From positions 55,118,001 to 55,182,000 of the forward strand of contig JBNRSN020000011.1 of the NCBI GenBank assembly GCA_051313645.2: a DNA stretch of 64,000 nucleotides. The letters are read 5' to 3'. Below, one piece after another: positions 37,789 through 50,082 of this stretch (the stretch's first letter is position 1; each line of letters opens with the position of its first letter). The notes below the pieces were generated by a model. It saw nothing but the letters and a program-made list of their open reading frames with translations, had not been told where the DNA came from and ran no database searches. Origin of the DNA: Centroscyllium fabricii. Taxonomy: Eukaryota. Both the position numbers and the translations under genes were made by a program.

Positions 37789-40250
37789 TGTGTCTCTGGT
37801 ACTTCCTGTTGCTGGACCATTTGTACAGTGTGAATGTGAGTGAGAGAGAGTGAGCAAGTGAGAAAGATGGAGTTGGCCATGCATTTTTCAACTTTAAGTG
37901 AATGAATAACAAACCAAGTTCAAACTTAAAGCAGTGTTATCTCAAAGCAAGAAAGTTAAAAAAATCTTAATTGTGTCTATGGTAAAATAGCAGTGATAAA
38001 CTGCTTAAACTTTAATCTGACGGTCACAGCTCCTCAATATTTCACTGTCTTGTAATAATAATTTTATCACAGTAGCAGATTGAAACTTGAAATTCTATGA
38101 AATTGAGTAATCAACGCTATTAGTCATCTTCACTTCTGTAGTGATCAGAAATGATAAATTCTACCATGTTCACTTTTTGTCTCCAAAATTGTGGAACACC
38201 AAAGAAAAACAAACAGAATCGCTGGGCGTAAGGATCTGTCAAGTGGAGGATGATTCCATCTGCCCTAGTAAAGGAAAAGCACTTTCTCTCTACGATGTTG
38301 CTGTTTCAGGAATTCTGCCATGTTGCTTTCTTTTCTCTTTTGTACGTGATAGCATAAGGGAATTGTCTTGTAAAAAGGATGGTGATGCAGAGGGAAAATG
38401 CAGGATATGAAAACTGCATAATATTCTGGTGTGAATGAAATTGCAGCAGTGGGTAAGATGATCCCTTACTCTTTCTCCCCATTTAATTATCACTTCTAGT
38501 CAGTGACTTTTAAACTTTAAATCCCTTATTCTAAATCACACTAGTCATTCACAGTTACGTCACCTGCAAATTGTATCCACGTCATCAAGATCAACCTCAA
38601 AATGTCTGCAAATCTTGCATCCCATCTTATCAGCAGAAATAAAACCGATGCTTAATGTCAAGGACAGCACTTTGTTTTTTATGTCAGACGTGTACCTATC
38701 TGATAATAGGAGGAAATGCTGCACAATGTTGAACTTAATGTTGCCTTTATTGGCTTCCATGAAAAATTCCCAACAAATGGCAACAATTTTCAATGTAAAA
38801 TGTCTTTTTAAAACAACATGCCCATATAACCAGAGACTTCCCTCTTTTCAACCTACCACTTTGGATCTCTCTGCATGCACCAGCCATGGCTAAAAGGGCA
38901 GGCAATTTGCCTTGAACCTTCACTTGTACTGCTGTGAAATGGGTCACAGTTTTGCTGATGTCAGGTGGGGTTTAGAAGAAGGTCAAGGCAGACTGTGTTC
39001 CGGATATCTTTTTAACCTCACTCCCTGCTGGAAGTGCTTAACCTCCAATGGGCACTCAACCCCTTCTCTCTGTCAGTGGAAATCATGAACATGACCATGT
39101 GCCCCTCTATTAGGCAATGCAGTGTGCTGGAGCAACACGCTGTCCGCCTTTGGCTAACTGTGATTTTTGCTGGAAGTGCATGCGGAATCATCAGGTGACT
39201 GGGATCAGGCTCAGGACGCAGCCCTACGGTCAAATAGCAGCTGACAACCACTGTCCAGGCTCAAGTACAAGTACAAGGAAAAATAACGGGGATCAAATAT
39301 AAGAGAAGAGACCAACTGCACCTGCAGATCTGCAATGGGAAGAAGGAGCAAGGAGAATCAGAAGGACCATCAGATGTAATACTACTTGTATATGCAGAGC
39401 ATTCATTAATCTTTCTGGGCTATGTAGGTTGATATATTTTTCCATAAATGTCTGTTCCTCTGCAATTTTTTTCTGCAGAAAATGAGATACTTTGACAACC
39501 AGTTCAAAATGTTAATTTTGGGACCAGATGAGAGTTTTCTGATAACTATTTTTCAGCAATAACACAGAAACCTTTTTGTAGCAGCATGTTTATGCCACAG
39601 AAAAAGTCTTTGTTGTCAAACTGCATTAGAACAGTAAAAAAATCAATTGTATTAATAATCCGTCTATATTTCATATTTGAACTAGTCATTTAAATACAAA
39701 GGTAATTATTAGTAATGAGCACGCTTTGATCCTTCAGGAAAAGACAAGCTTTCATGTATTTCACTGTACATTTTGTTCCAAGTAGCACTGGATGTTTCTC
39801 TTGCATGTGTTAATAATCCATTTTGTTTCAGACAGAATTTTTTTTTAATGACTGTATTTTTAAATAACAGAATCAATGAGAAAACAAAAGCCTCAGAAAC
39901 CACTTCAAGTTGTACATCTGAAGGGCTTAAGAGGCATCTTGTACCATTTTCAAGGCTTCCAAAACATTAATATAAAATAGGATTTTTTTTAAATTGACTG
40001 TACCACCTCTGGTAAGCAGAAGTCATAACAAAGGCAATTAGATACGGTTCTGATTTCCAGCTTCAAAATATTCTATTAATTATAGACTTCAAAGTCATAA
40101 ATCTTGCACAAACTCATTAGAAAAACTGGAACAAGTACATCTGCAAAATGTGTCTAATGCATGAAATAAAAATGTAAATAAATCCCACTTCCTACTGTTT
40201 GCAGAAGGGTAAATAACTTTAGTATGTTTTGCAGTACAGACTTCCAGTTT

Positions 40251-40625
40251 AGAAACATAGAAACCAGGAGCAGGAGTAGGCCATTTGGCCCTTCGAGCCT
40301 GCTCCGCCATTCATTGAGATCATGGCTGATCATCCAAACACAGTACCCTGCCCCTGACCTCTCCCCATATCCCTCGATCCCTATCGAGCCTGCACCAACA
40401 CATAACCCACCCTATCCCCGTCACCCCACATATTCAATCCCCCTAACACTAAGGGTCAATTTATCATGGCCAATCAACCTAACCCGCACATCTTTGGACT
40501 GTGGGAGGAAACCGAAGCACCCGGAGGAAACCCACGCAGGCATGGGGAGAATGTGCAAACTCCACACAGATAGTACCCGAGGCTGGATTTGAACCCGGGT
40601 CTCCAGTGCTGTGAGACAGACTGAT
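40251..40625 (-). mobile_element. HE1-type (V-SINE) tRNA-derived SINE with CR1 tail
   Basis: Reverse complement of the SINE at 57757, with B-box GGTTCAAATCC and a (TTTCTATG)n tail. Confidence 0.85.
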
Positions 40626-40789
40626 GCTAATAATGTGGGATACCAGAGTTCGAAACTACAAGTATAGTTCAATTAACAAACTCTCCCTTATCAATAGCAT
40701 TCCACTAACTTTTTTAGGAATATAATGCAATCTAGCCCGCTGAACTAGGCAAATAGTCATTTGGAATAATTTAAGTCTATAAGATGCAA

Positions 40790-41100
40790 TGCAGCAACTT
40801 GCCTAGGTTTCTTCAGCAGCACCTCCCAAATCCTCAACCTCCACCACCTTGCAGGTCAAGGGCAGCAGGCGTTGGGAACACACCACCTCCAAGGCACACA
40901 CCATTCTGATTTGGAAATATATCGCCGATCCTTCATTGTTGCTGGGTCAAAATCCTGGAACTCTCTACCTAACAGCACCGTGGGAGTACCTTCACCACAC
41001 GGACTGCAGCGGTTGAAGAAGGTGGCTCACCACCACCTTCTCAAGGCATGGGCAATAAATGCTGGCCTTGCTCACAACACCCACATCTTGTGAACAAATA
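40790..41100 (+). mobile_element. 3' fragment of the L2/CR1-group LINE seen at 52552-53480
   Basis: RRSFIVAGSKSWNSLPNSTVG..GLQRLKKVAHHHLLK. Another fragment lies on the - strand at about 12880-13100. Confidence 0.75.
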
Positions 41101-41820
41101 AATTTTTTTTTTAAAAGTTTTGAGCGTTTACTTCTGCAGTGATTTGAGATACCATTTTTTTTTCATTCCACAGACTGTTTCAAAATGCTTTATACCTTAG
41201 TGACCCAAGATATTCTTCATTAGGAAAGTGCAAATAGGCCCTAAGGATTTCCTGCAGCCTTAAGTATATTAACATGATTGGCATTTAGATTTTTTTTTAA
41301 ATTTGGACATAAAAGGAAACATTTCACTGTGGACAGCTGGAAAATAATTGTCCTTTTTTGGGAGGAGATCAGAAAATGTGAAATGCAAACATTTTAATAT
41401 ATTGCCAATGTTTTCATTTTACATTTTTATGTTTATTTTGATCTCTAGAGAAATACACACATTTCCTACAGTTCTAACACAGCAAGCACAGGTTAACATT
41501 CAATGGCACATCTACATCAAGGAGCAGCAAAGTACAAAATATTTTGTACTCCATTTGAGTGGGGAGGAGGGATCAAGTTGTTTTGTATTTTCTCCTCATT
41601 TTAAATGACTCTATTAAAGACGACATACCCAATACAATGGAGTGGGAAGGCAATCCATCTTCATGTTTAGCACATTGCTCTGCAAACAGTTGCTGGGAGT
41701 TACAAAAGCAGTTCACTTTCAGTGTGAGGTAGGGAAGTGCCTCGTCTGATCCAGCAATAGAACAGCTGAAATTGGTAACATATCGAGGGAATGTAGCTGA
41801 TAGCACTGGTCCTCCTACTC

Positions 41821-42590
41821 AATTTTCAATTCAATTCAAATTGCTTTATTGGCATGACAAGATGCATCTTATGTTGCCAAAGCACAGAAAAAGAACATAT
41901 ACAATTGAACATACACATGCATAACTAGACATAGTGAATGGATAACTGAGCAAACATATACATATATACCCGCATATAAATCTCCTATGCTCTTCTTAGC
42001 TTCAGTGGTCACTGGTTGTCCCTCTGCTTATGGCAAGCTGTGATGCAGTTTGCCGCTAATTTTATACAGTCCCTCTGTTCCCCCAATAGATATGGGAGTT
42101 TTTGGTGGTCGTTCAAATTTTTGAATTCAGGGCATGTTTTTATGAATTTTGGGTAGAAATTCCCCCTTATGCCCTGATAGTTTTCACAAATTGTGAGGAA
42201 ATGCAGCTCTGTCTCCACCACTCCCTGACTGCAGTGGGAGCACAGCCTTTCCTCTCTGGGCAGCCAAGTCTTTCTGTGTCTGCCTTTTTCGATGGCTAGG
42301 CTGTGCTCACTAAGTCTGTACATTGTCAGGGTTTTTCTCAGTTTGCTATCTTTCACCATGGTCAGGTAACCAGCCATGGTGTACTGTCTGTTTAGGGCCA
42401 AATAACAATCTAGTTTGTTTTGGGTTTTTGTCATTTCTGTCCAGTATGTCAAATATTTTTCTCTTTGTTCAGTAATAATTGTGTTGGGTCGTATTCTGAG
42501 TGCTGGGATGTCAATGTCCTGGGGCTGGTTGTTACCAATAGTGTTAGTAGTTACTTCGCTAAGTCCCAGGACCAGTTGGCTGAGGGGAAA
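41821..42590 (-). mobile_element. 5'-truncated LINE 3' end with CCHC knuckle, RTEX-like
   Basis: ORF 42009-42593(-): LTMYRLSEHSLAIEKGRH..REERLCSHC..VETELHFLTIC. 3'UTR ends in AATAAA and an (ATTGA)n tail. Confidence 0.75.
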
Positions 42591-44487
42591 CATAGAAACA
42601 TAGAAAATAGGTGCAGGAGTAGACCATTCGGTCCCTCGAGCCTACACCGCTTCTCTTTATGTTCGCTTCTTGGCATTTCAGGGCTTTGTAGTCTATGGCA
42701 CTGCTCGAATGCCCTGGGCTCCATTCAAACCAACCTTGCATATAATTTAATTGAATATAGTGCTTCTAAAAATAAGCATGGATTTAACAATTACCTAAGA
42801 GCTGTGTATTTTCTAACTGCTCCATCACACACCAAAAATAAATATATATTTTAAAATTCTTAACCTGGATCAACCTTCTGCACGTGAGCAAACTTTTACT
42901 TCTGGTTCTTTATTTATTTTATTTTCTAAATGCAATGTATCTGGGTAATAACACCAAAAAATATTATTTTGAAATCCTTTTTGCTCCAGCCCAAACAATA
43001 AATTCTTGCACAATTAAAGGCCACTCATTTGCAAAATAACTAAGAAAACAAACAGGACCATTAATGAGTACTTACTTCAAAACAGGTACTCATTCCTGGT
43101 TGTTTATATCAAATTTATTTTTAAGCATCCAATGCCACAACAGGATTCCAGGCAATTCCCTGATAACCAGAAGAGAGCACCTGTTAAAGTGTGTGCTGCA
43201 CGATACTGCATGCCCGGCAGTACACACATCTTTCCTGGGAGACAGAAGCACTATGGGCTGGTTCATTAATTACAAAGGTGAGAATTCAACAGCCAAAAGA
43301 ATATGTATTCAGTCAGTTTGTTGAAATGTACAAAAAAAACTTCCATTCTCCTTTATTCACCATAAACCTTAACAGGGCTTGAGAATTAAGATGTGAGCAC
43401 TTTCTGTTCTCCCATGCCTTTCTATTGTAGTTTATTTAGCCCAAGGCTAGCCATCTGTTATCAAGAGCAATGTTCTATAGTTAATAAAACAAACAGCAAA
43501 ACAGCTAACCCAAGCAATTATAGGCCGCAGCACACAAACACAAAAGCACAAAAAAAAACAAGAATCTTTTTCCTAAGTGGTCAACCACGCCCCCACACTG
43601 CTGACTGTGCTCAAGAAAGAGCAAGGAAGCCATTATTTTTTGGCTTTTAGCAACTAATAAAGAGCACATATTTTCATGCAGATTGGGATCACACCTTTAC
43701 TTACAAAAAAAATCAGGCAACATTTTAATTTAAATTTCTAATAAACTCACTTCCTGTTACGTAATCAATGTGCTTGCGACAAAGTAACATTCATCTCTCT
43801 GGAATTCACTTGTTGCATTTTAGTAAATTGCAGAAACATAGAAACATAGAAGATAGTAGCAGGAGTAGGCCATTCGGCCCTTCGAACCTGCTCCGCCATT
43901 CAACGAGATCATGGCTGATCATCCAAACCCAGCATCCCGCCCCTGCCCTCTCCCCATATCCCTCGATCCCTATCGAGCCTACACCAACACATATCCCACC
44001 CTATCCCCGTAACCCCACATATTTAATCCCCCTAACACTAAAGGCCCTGTCACACCTTGACGTTTTAGCCAGCCTATGCAAATGAGGCTAAAACGCTGAA
44101 CTTTTGACACTTTGTTCAGGTTTTGTGGTTTAGAAGCGTATTCATAGCGTATTTGACGTATAAATAACGTACACGTAGCGTATACGTAGCGTACATTGAC
44201 GTTTCCGAGCTGTTTTCTGTGAAATATTAACAACGTATGACCAGCGTATTGAACGTATACAGAACGTATACGTAACGTAGACGCAGCGTTCTGGACGTAT
44301 GCATAACGTATGCACAGCCGGCGCCAGCGTGTCTACCAAGATCAGGTGGGGTAGCCTACTCAAAGGCTGTCATTGGACGATTCAAATCATACCACTACAT
44401 ACCACTAGACTTTAAAGCTCAGCTCCACACAATGCTTCCAGTTCTACCTGAAAATCTGCTGAGAGAAGTCTGCTGCTGCTTTTGACA

Positions 44488-46044
44488 ATGCCAAGGAGAA
44501 GTTCAAGGAATGCTGCCAGGAAGTTTCGTGGCCGTGGGCGCGTATGCATGGAGGATCCAGCACCCACACCCTTGCCATCACGCTCACCACCCTCTGACGG
44601 AGAGGATGCTGCTTCCAACGTCTCTCGGGCATCGTCTGTGGCTGCGTCCGTGGCCTCCACATCGTCTCAGCCAAAGAAGCGGGCCAAGAAGACACAGTAT
44701 TGTCTTGCTGTTGAGGAGGAGCAGCAGATGTTGGAGTTCCTGACAGAGAACGCCATCCTCTGGGACATTAAAAAAACGGACTATCGGAGGGTGGACAAGA
44801 AGGGAAAGCTCTGGGCGGATCAGGCTAAGGACATGGGGAAGAGTGTGGAGCACCTTCAAGGGTGGTTCAAGTCCCTGCGAGACACCCACACCCGTCTCCA
44901 CAAGAAGAGAAGCGGTGATGGCGCCCAGGAACTGACAGAGAGGGAGCAGTGGGTGAAGGCTAAGTTCGGCTTCCTCACGACTGTGGTCCGCCATCGTCCT
45001 GAGCCCGTCCACAGTGTAAGCTAAGCAGAGCAGGCCTGGTCAGTACTTGGATGGGAGACCATCGGGGAAGACCAGGTGCAATAGCAGGCAGTGACCACGG
45101 AGGAGGCGCTAACGCGCGGTCAAAAAGCAGACCGTTAACCGGTCTGTTAAAAACTCCATCCACCACTTCGAAAGAAGACACGATAAGAAGAAGAAGTATA
45201 AACACATATTAATATCCATAATAATATTTATTTATATTAGTTTTACTGTGCTTTGCCTCGTATTTTTGCTTTGTATTTTACTAATCATTTGTCATAATTG
45301 CAGGTCAAGGAAACCATTGCAGCACACAGCGGGGACCTCGAGGCTGGCGAGGCTGCCTGTGCAGAGATGGTGGTGCTTGATGACAGCACACCCTCCCCTG
45401 TCCCCAGGGGGAAGCGTGCCCAGGAGGATGAGCAGCTGCAGTCCATCAACAGAAGGGTGCAGGAGACTGGGGAGATCCTCAGAAATCTGGCGCAGCCTCA
45501 GCCCATCACACCCACCTTAGCCTTCGCCAACTACGTGCGTGACACCCTGGCCAGCATTCCAGATGAGATATTCCAGGAGTCAAGGTTGCGCATCACCAAC
45601 ATGTTCACTGAGCTGCTGACCCCCATCTCCGTGCAATCTGCTTCAGCACCAGCTACCTACACCCCCACGGTGTCGAGGTTCCAGCAAGGTACCCACAGCT
45701 GGAGACACACGGCACCAGCTGCGTCAGTCTCTGGACAGTACATGCAACAGCCGCAGTACCAGCAGGTGATGGGACAGTTTAATATTATGCCTCCTGCTCC
45801 TCAGCATGTGTACCAGTTTCCTCCTCCTCCTCCTCCTCCTCTGATGACGCAGCAGCCAATCATCGCCTCTTCATCTGCTGCTGTAGGGTCGACTGACCAG
45901 CTACTAAGCAAGAGCCAAAGCACCTTGGACAATACTGAGATGTTCAATATCTCAGGATTCAGCTTTTCAAGTGGTCCCAATGCTGCAAGCAGCCCGCGTG
46001 GGGAGCTGAGCACACTTCCACCATCAGAGGAGAGTGCTGAATGA
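44488..46044 (+). CDS. Intact two-exon MADF (Myb/SANT-like) plus BESS-like protein, about 422 aa (exons 44488-45015 and 45304-46044)
   Basis: MADF-like MLEFLTENAILWDIKKTDYRRVDKKGKLW...LQGWFKSLRDTHTR. Phase-0 intron GTAAGC...TTGCAG. BESS-like LAFANYVRDTLASIPDEIFQESRLRITNMF, then a Q/P-rich tail. No stops seen. Confidence 0.82.
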
Positions 46045-46147
46045 ACGGTGACAATGTTCTTCACATTTTTGTGCAATTTTGTATATAGTTTTGATGTTTC
46101 AGTTGTTTTAACCATTTTGTCTGTACCTTTTTAGACCATTGTTATCA

Positions 46148-46400
46148 AAGTTATTTAATAAAAGTTGAGTAAACTCTTGATGTTTGTTCCTGTTATGTTT
46201 TAAGTTATTTAATAAAAGTTGAGTAAACTATTGATGTTTGTTCCTGTTATGTTTTAAGTTATTTAATAAAAGTTGAGTAAACTATTGATGTTTGTTCCTG
46301 TTATGTTTTAAGTTATTTAATAAAAGTTGAGTAAAATATTGATGTTTGTTCCTGTTATGTTAAGTTATTTAATAAAAGTTGAGTAAACTCTTGATGTTTG
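46148..46400 (+). repeat. About 54-55-bp tandem repeat (about 4.5 units), each unit containing AATAAA
   Basis: Unit AAGTTATTTAATAAAAGTTGAGTAAACTATTGATGTTTGTTCCTGTTATGTTTT. Confidence 0.9.
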
Positions 46401-46477
46401 TCTTGTTTTAATATTTAAATCATAAACAATAATTTACAATAATAAAATCATACACTTTGGAAAAGGTACAATAATAT

Positions 46478-46518
<41 letters not shown>

Positions 46519-47889
46519 TGGGGTAAAAAGGCTTTTTCAGATGTTCCTCAGGAGCTGTAAGTTAGAAACACGTTCAGTAAGTTCTGTGGACGTCCGGGAG
46601 ACGTCAAATACGTTGTAGAGACGTTACACATAAGTTCAAAACACGTTCCTCATAGGTTAGACATAAGTTCCTTGAAAAAAAGGCATTATCTCGACGTGTT
46701 TTGACGTATGACTAACGTCTGGCTAACGTGCCTACAACGTATGCTCTGCGTATGATGAACGTATAAATAGTTACATTTATACGTCGTGATTTTTTGTGCA
46801 TGCACAAAAAATCACCACTTATACGACGTATATGCCTTATGGTCAGCGTAAGCCAACGTGCTCTTACCGTATGCATAACGTACCCATTACTTGTCCAACG
46901 TATACCAGCGTATCGGCCAAATTTGCATACGCAAGCTAAAACGTCAAGGTGTGACAGGGCCTTAAGGGTCAATTTATCATGGCCAATCAACCAGGCAAGA
47001 CAGGCAACACAGGCAACACTGGTAATCTGGGTAGTTTGACTGGGGTAAGCTGGCTTTCTGCATGACAAAATGGCAATAGTCCTGCTAGTTTTGGTATTTT
47101 ATTAAAATGACATCTCTGGGTAGCCATCCCCAGTTCTGCAATACCTCACCTATGCTTCAAAGCTACAATGGAATGCAACATTGAGTATTCAAAGGCACTC
47201 GGCTTTAGTTAAGTGAAATTGACCAGGTGTATTTTTAGACAGTTTAAATCAATGGAAGGTCAAAAAAAATAGTTGGTGGCTGGGCTCCATTCAAGACTTA
47301 TCATTAACGGTCTCTTTTCAGTATAGTCCAAATTGGGAGTTAACATTGGGAAGGGGGGGGGGGGGGGGGGGGACTGCATAAGCCAACATACTGCACTTGC
47401 ACAATGAGTGCTGTAAATTAATTTGCCTTATTTTTGAACTGTTGGGCACCATATTTGAACAAAAGAAAACGAGCCATATACAAGTTAAGCTCTATTGAAA
47501 CAATCTGGATGGTAGCCAGTGAGCTAATTCAGCACCACAAAGTATTGCTTGTCTGAAACAGCTCCTATGATTTTAAAATGTTCACAACAAACCATCAGAA
47601 AGTGGCCCTTGAATACACGGAATCAAACGATATGGGGATAGGGCGGGAAAATGGATTTGATGTAGATGATCAGCCTTATTGAATGGTGGAGCAGGCTCGA
47701 GGGGCCATATGGCTTACTCCTGCTCCTATTTCTTATGTTTCAAATGGTCCAAAATTGCATGAATTGGAAACTGTGAAACCTAGAAATTATAAACACATTA
47801 GGGACTGGCATCAGCTGTCCATTTTTTTTGCAGGCTTCCTTATTCCTCATGGCGGCCGCACCTCTACGTGAAGTTAATTTACTTTAATC

Positions 47890-48585
47890 AGCCGACATTA
47901 GCAACGCCGGGAGGGAGCCCGGTAAGTTGCGGGGCGCCGATTGGCCATCGGGAATGAGCGGGGGAGCTCGGAGGACTTGGGGGGGGGGGGGGTGGAGCCG
48001 GGACGGGTGCCGGGCCGCGTGCTAGGCCTCAGGCCTCGGTCTGGAGTTCGGACCTCCGGGGAGTCGGGATGGCCTTGGCTCGGAGCTCCGGGGAGTCTGT
48101 ATTGGGCGCCTGGAGGAGAGCTAGGCCCCAGGCCTCGGTCCGGAGCTCGGCGGAGCCGGGATTGGGCATCTGGAGGAGAGCCAGGCTAGGCCCCAGGCCT
48201 TGGTCCGGAGTTTGGAGCTCGGGGGAGTTGGAATGGCGCTTGACAAAAGCTAGGTCCCAGGCCTCAGGACGCTGCACCCGGAGTTCGGAGCCCTGTGGAT
48301 TCGGGGGAGCCGGCACGGTGTCGGGCAGAAATGGAGTCAAGTGAAGAGTAACCACGGAAGAATCAGCGGCAGAGCAAGTTAACGGAGCGGTAGAGGACAA
48401 TTAACACCGAACTGAGTAGCCGGAGCAGGAACGGGACCTACGATGATGGCGCCGGAGAATGGCTGACGTCTTGCGGGCTCGTGTGTGCCGGTCAGCTTAA
48501 TGTCCTTGTTGCGCGGTGCGTTCGGGTAGCAGTAATCATTTCACTGTCTAAATTGTATTTGGTACGTGACAATGAACTTGAACCT
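47890..48585 (+). mobile_element. GC-rich non-coding retroposon-like element with internal repeats and a Rex1-like tail
   Basis: Four imperfect CTAGGCCCCAGGCCTCGGTCCGGAG units. Ends in TGACAATGAACTTGAAC, similar to the Rex1 tail TGACAATAAAACTTGAATTG at about 62823. Confidence 0.45.
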
Positions 48586-49746
48586 ATTTTCAAAATGGTC
48601 ATTGTATGTACTGTAAATGTTTTCCCAACAATCTTGAAGAACCAGCTGAGATTATGATCAGCACCTAATCAACTGTAACAATGCTAAGAACATAAATTTG
48701 GAAGAAGATATAACAACAAAACTGATGTGTCAAGTTCAGTACCTGTACAGTGGAACCTGTTCCTGATGACACTGTCAGATGACGGACAACAACACCATGT
48801 GGGGTGGGGTGTGTGAGCATCTTCTGGGTCTGTGTGGGGTGGGGTGGGGTGGGGTGTGAGCATCCTCTGGGTGTGTGTTGGGGATACTGTTTCAGGGGCA
48901 TGGGCAGTCCTCAAACACCTTGTTAAAATGGATCTTCTTCATGCGTGAATCTCAGTGGAGAGTGTCAGCAAGCAATCCAACTGCCGGGTTTATCACAGCC
49001 AAATCCGGCCCTGTTCTCGCCCAATATCCACTTTCTGGTAGATACCACTGGAGATTAGGTTTACTCAGGAAACTTCTTGAAAACACAACCACTCTTTAAT
49101 TTGTCTGCAGCAATTACCTCCTGTAATAACACCTTCACATAATATGAAGGCGGCCAATAGTCATGTGGAAACTGCTAAATGTTTCAGATTTCTGTTTTTT
49201 ATAGCCATGAGGACTTTGTTTTAAGAACTTTTCTTGATTTGGAAACTAGTTACATCTGAGAGAGAAAATATTAAATACTCGAGATAAAACCAATTAGCGA
49301 CACAGGAAACATTTCTGATTTTACCCTGGCCCAGAAATTAGGGCCGCAGCGCGTGAGTACGGAGCCGGTACTCACGCGTGCAGCCCTCCGAAGTGCTGGT
49401 GGACGCCATTTCCCACGCATGCGTGGGATACCTGCAATTCCGGTGAAGGCTGGGGGTCACCAGCTTCAGCGCATTGGCCTGCGCACCAGGAGGTGCGCAG
49501 TACAATACTGATTTTTTTTCCAAAGGTTTTTTCCATGTAAGTACTGAAGCATTTACGGCTCTTTTTCACAAGTGCAAGGAGCCGATTTCTTCAGATAAGT
49601 CTCTATTTTATTCAATTTAAGTATTTTTTCACAGGTTTTTCATTTTTTTAAATTTTAAAGACAGGTAAGTAGTTTTTTAGGCTCACTAAAAACAAAATAT
49701 TTTTTCTAATTTTTTTTGTGTGTTTAAAATAGCTAATTTATGTTAG

Positions 49747-50082
49747 AAGTCACACAACACCAGGTTAAAGTCCAACAGTTTCATTTGAAATCACAAGCTT
49801 TCGGAGCATAGCTCCTTCATCAGGTGTATGTAAAAGAGATTCATTTAAACACAGCATATATGGAGGGAGAGAACAATGTAATCTTACATAATCAATGTAA
49901 GATTACATTGCTCTCTCCCTCTATATATGCTGTGTTTAAATGAATCTCTTTTACATACACCTGAAGAAGGGGCAGAAGCTCCGAAAGCTTGTGATTTCAA
50001 ATAAAACTGTGGGACTATAGCCTGGTGTTGTGTGACTTCTTACAATTGTCCACTCCAGTCCAACGCCGGCACCTCCACATCA
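49747..50082. mobile_element. Penelope-derived palindromic element (two inverted pLTRs, no ORF)
   Basis: Near-perfect hairpin of about 290 bp centred near 49892, plus the same right-hand extension as 30698-30730. 13-bp TSD TAATTTATGTTAG at 49734-49746 and 50083-50095. Confidence 0.88.
49958..49993 (+). ncRNA. Minimal hammerhead ribozyme (partner copy at 49792-49826, - strand)
   Basis: CAC-CTGAAGA-A-GGGGC-AGAA-GCTCC-GAAA-GCTT-GTG. The - strand copy reads CAC-CTGATGA-A-GGAGC-TAT-GCTCC-GAAA-GCTT-GTG. Confidence 0.75.

Larger units (their letters stand above)
44042..46962 (+). mobile_element. Non-autonomous PIF/Harbinger element carrying only a MADF/BESS-like gene
   Basis: 28-bp TIRs AGGCCCTGTCACACCTTGACGTTTTAGC. 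TAA TSD at 44039-44041 and 46963-46965. Inserted in an HE1 SINE whose uninterrupted form CACTAAGGGTC is visible at about 40447. Confidence 0.93.

Noticed and set aside
38140-39300. Coding-looking stretches in DENND1B introns (also about 27000-27460, 50800-51500 and 56560-57330)
   Set aside because: Frames are short and stop-interrupted with no motif I can identify; possibly very old transposon debris, but unsupported.
46148-46400. CRISPR-like regularly spaced repeats (also considered for 33965-34220)
   Set aside because: Head-to-tail units with no unique spacers, no cas genes, and a eukaryotic context.
48795-48880. (GGGGT)n G-quadruplex-like tract within a short duplication
   Set aside because: An ordinary low-complexity repeat with no supporting context.
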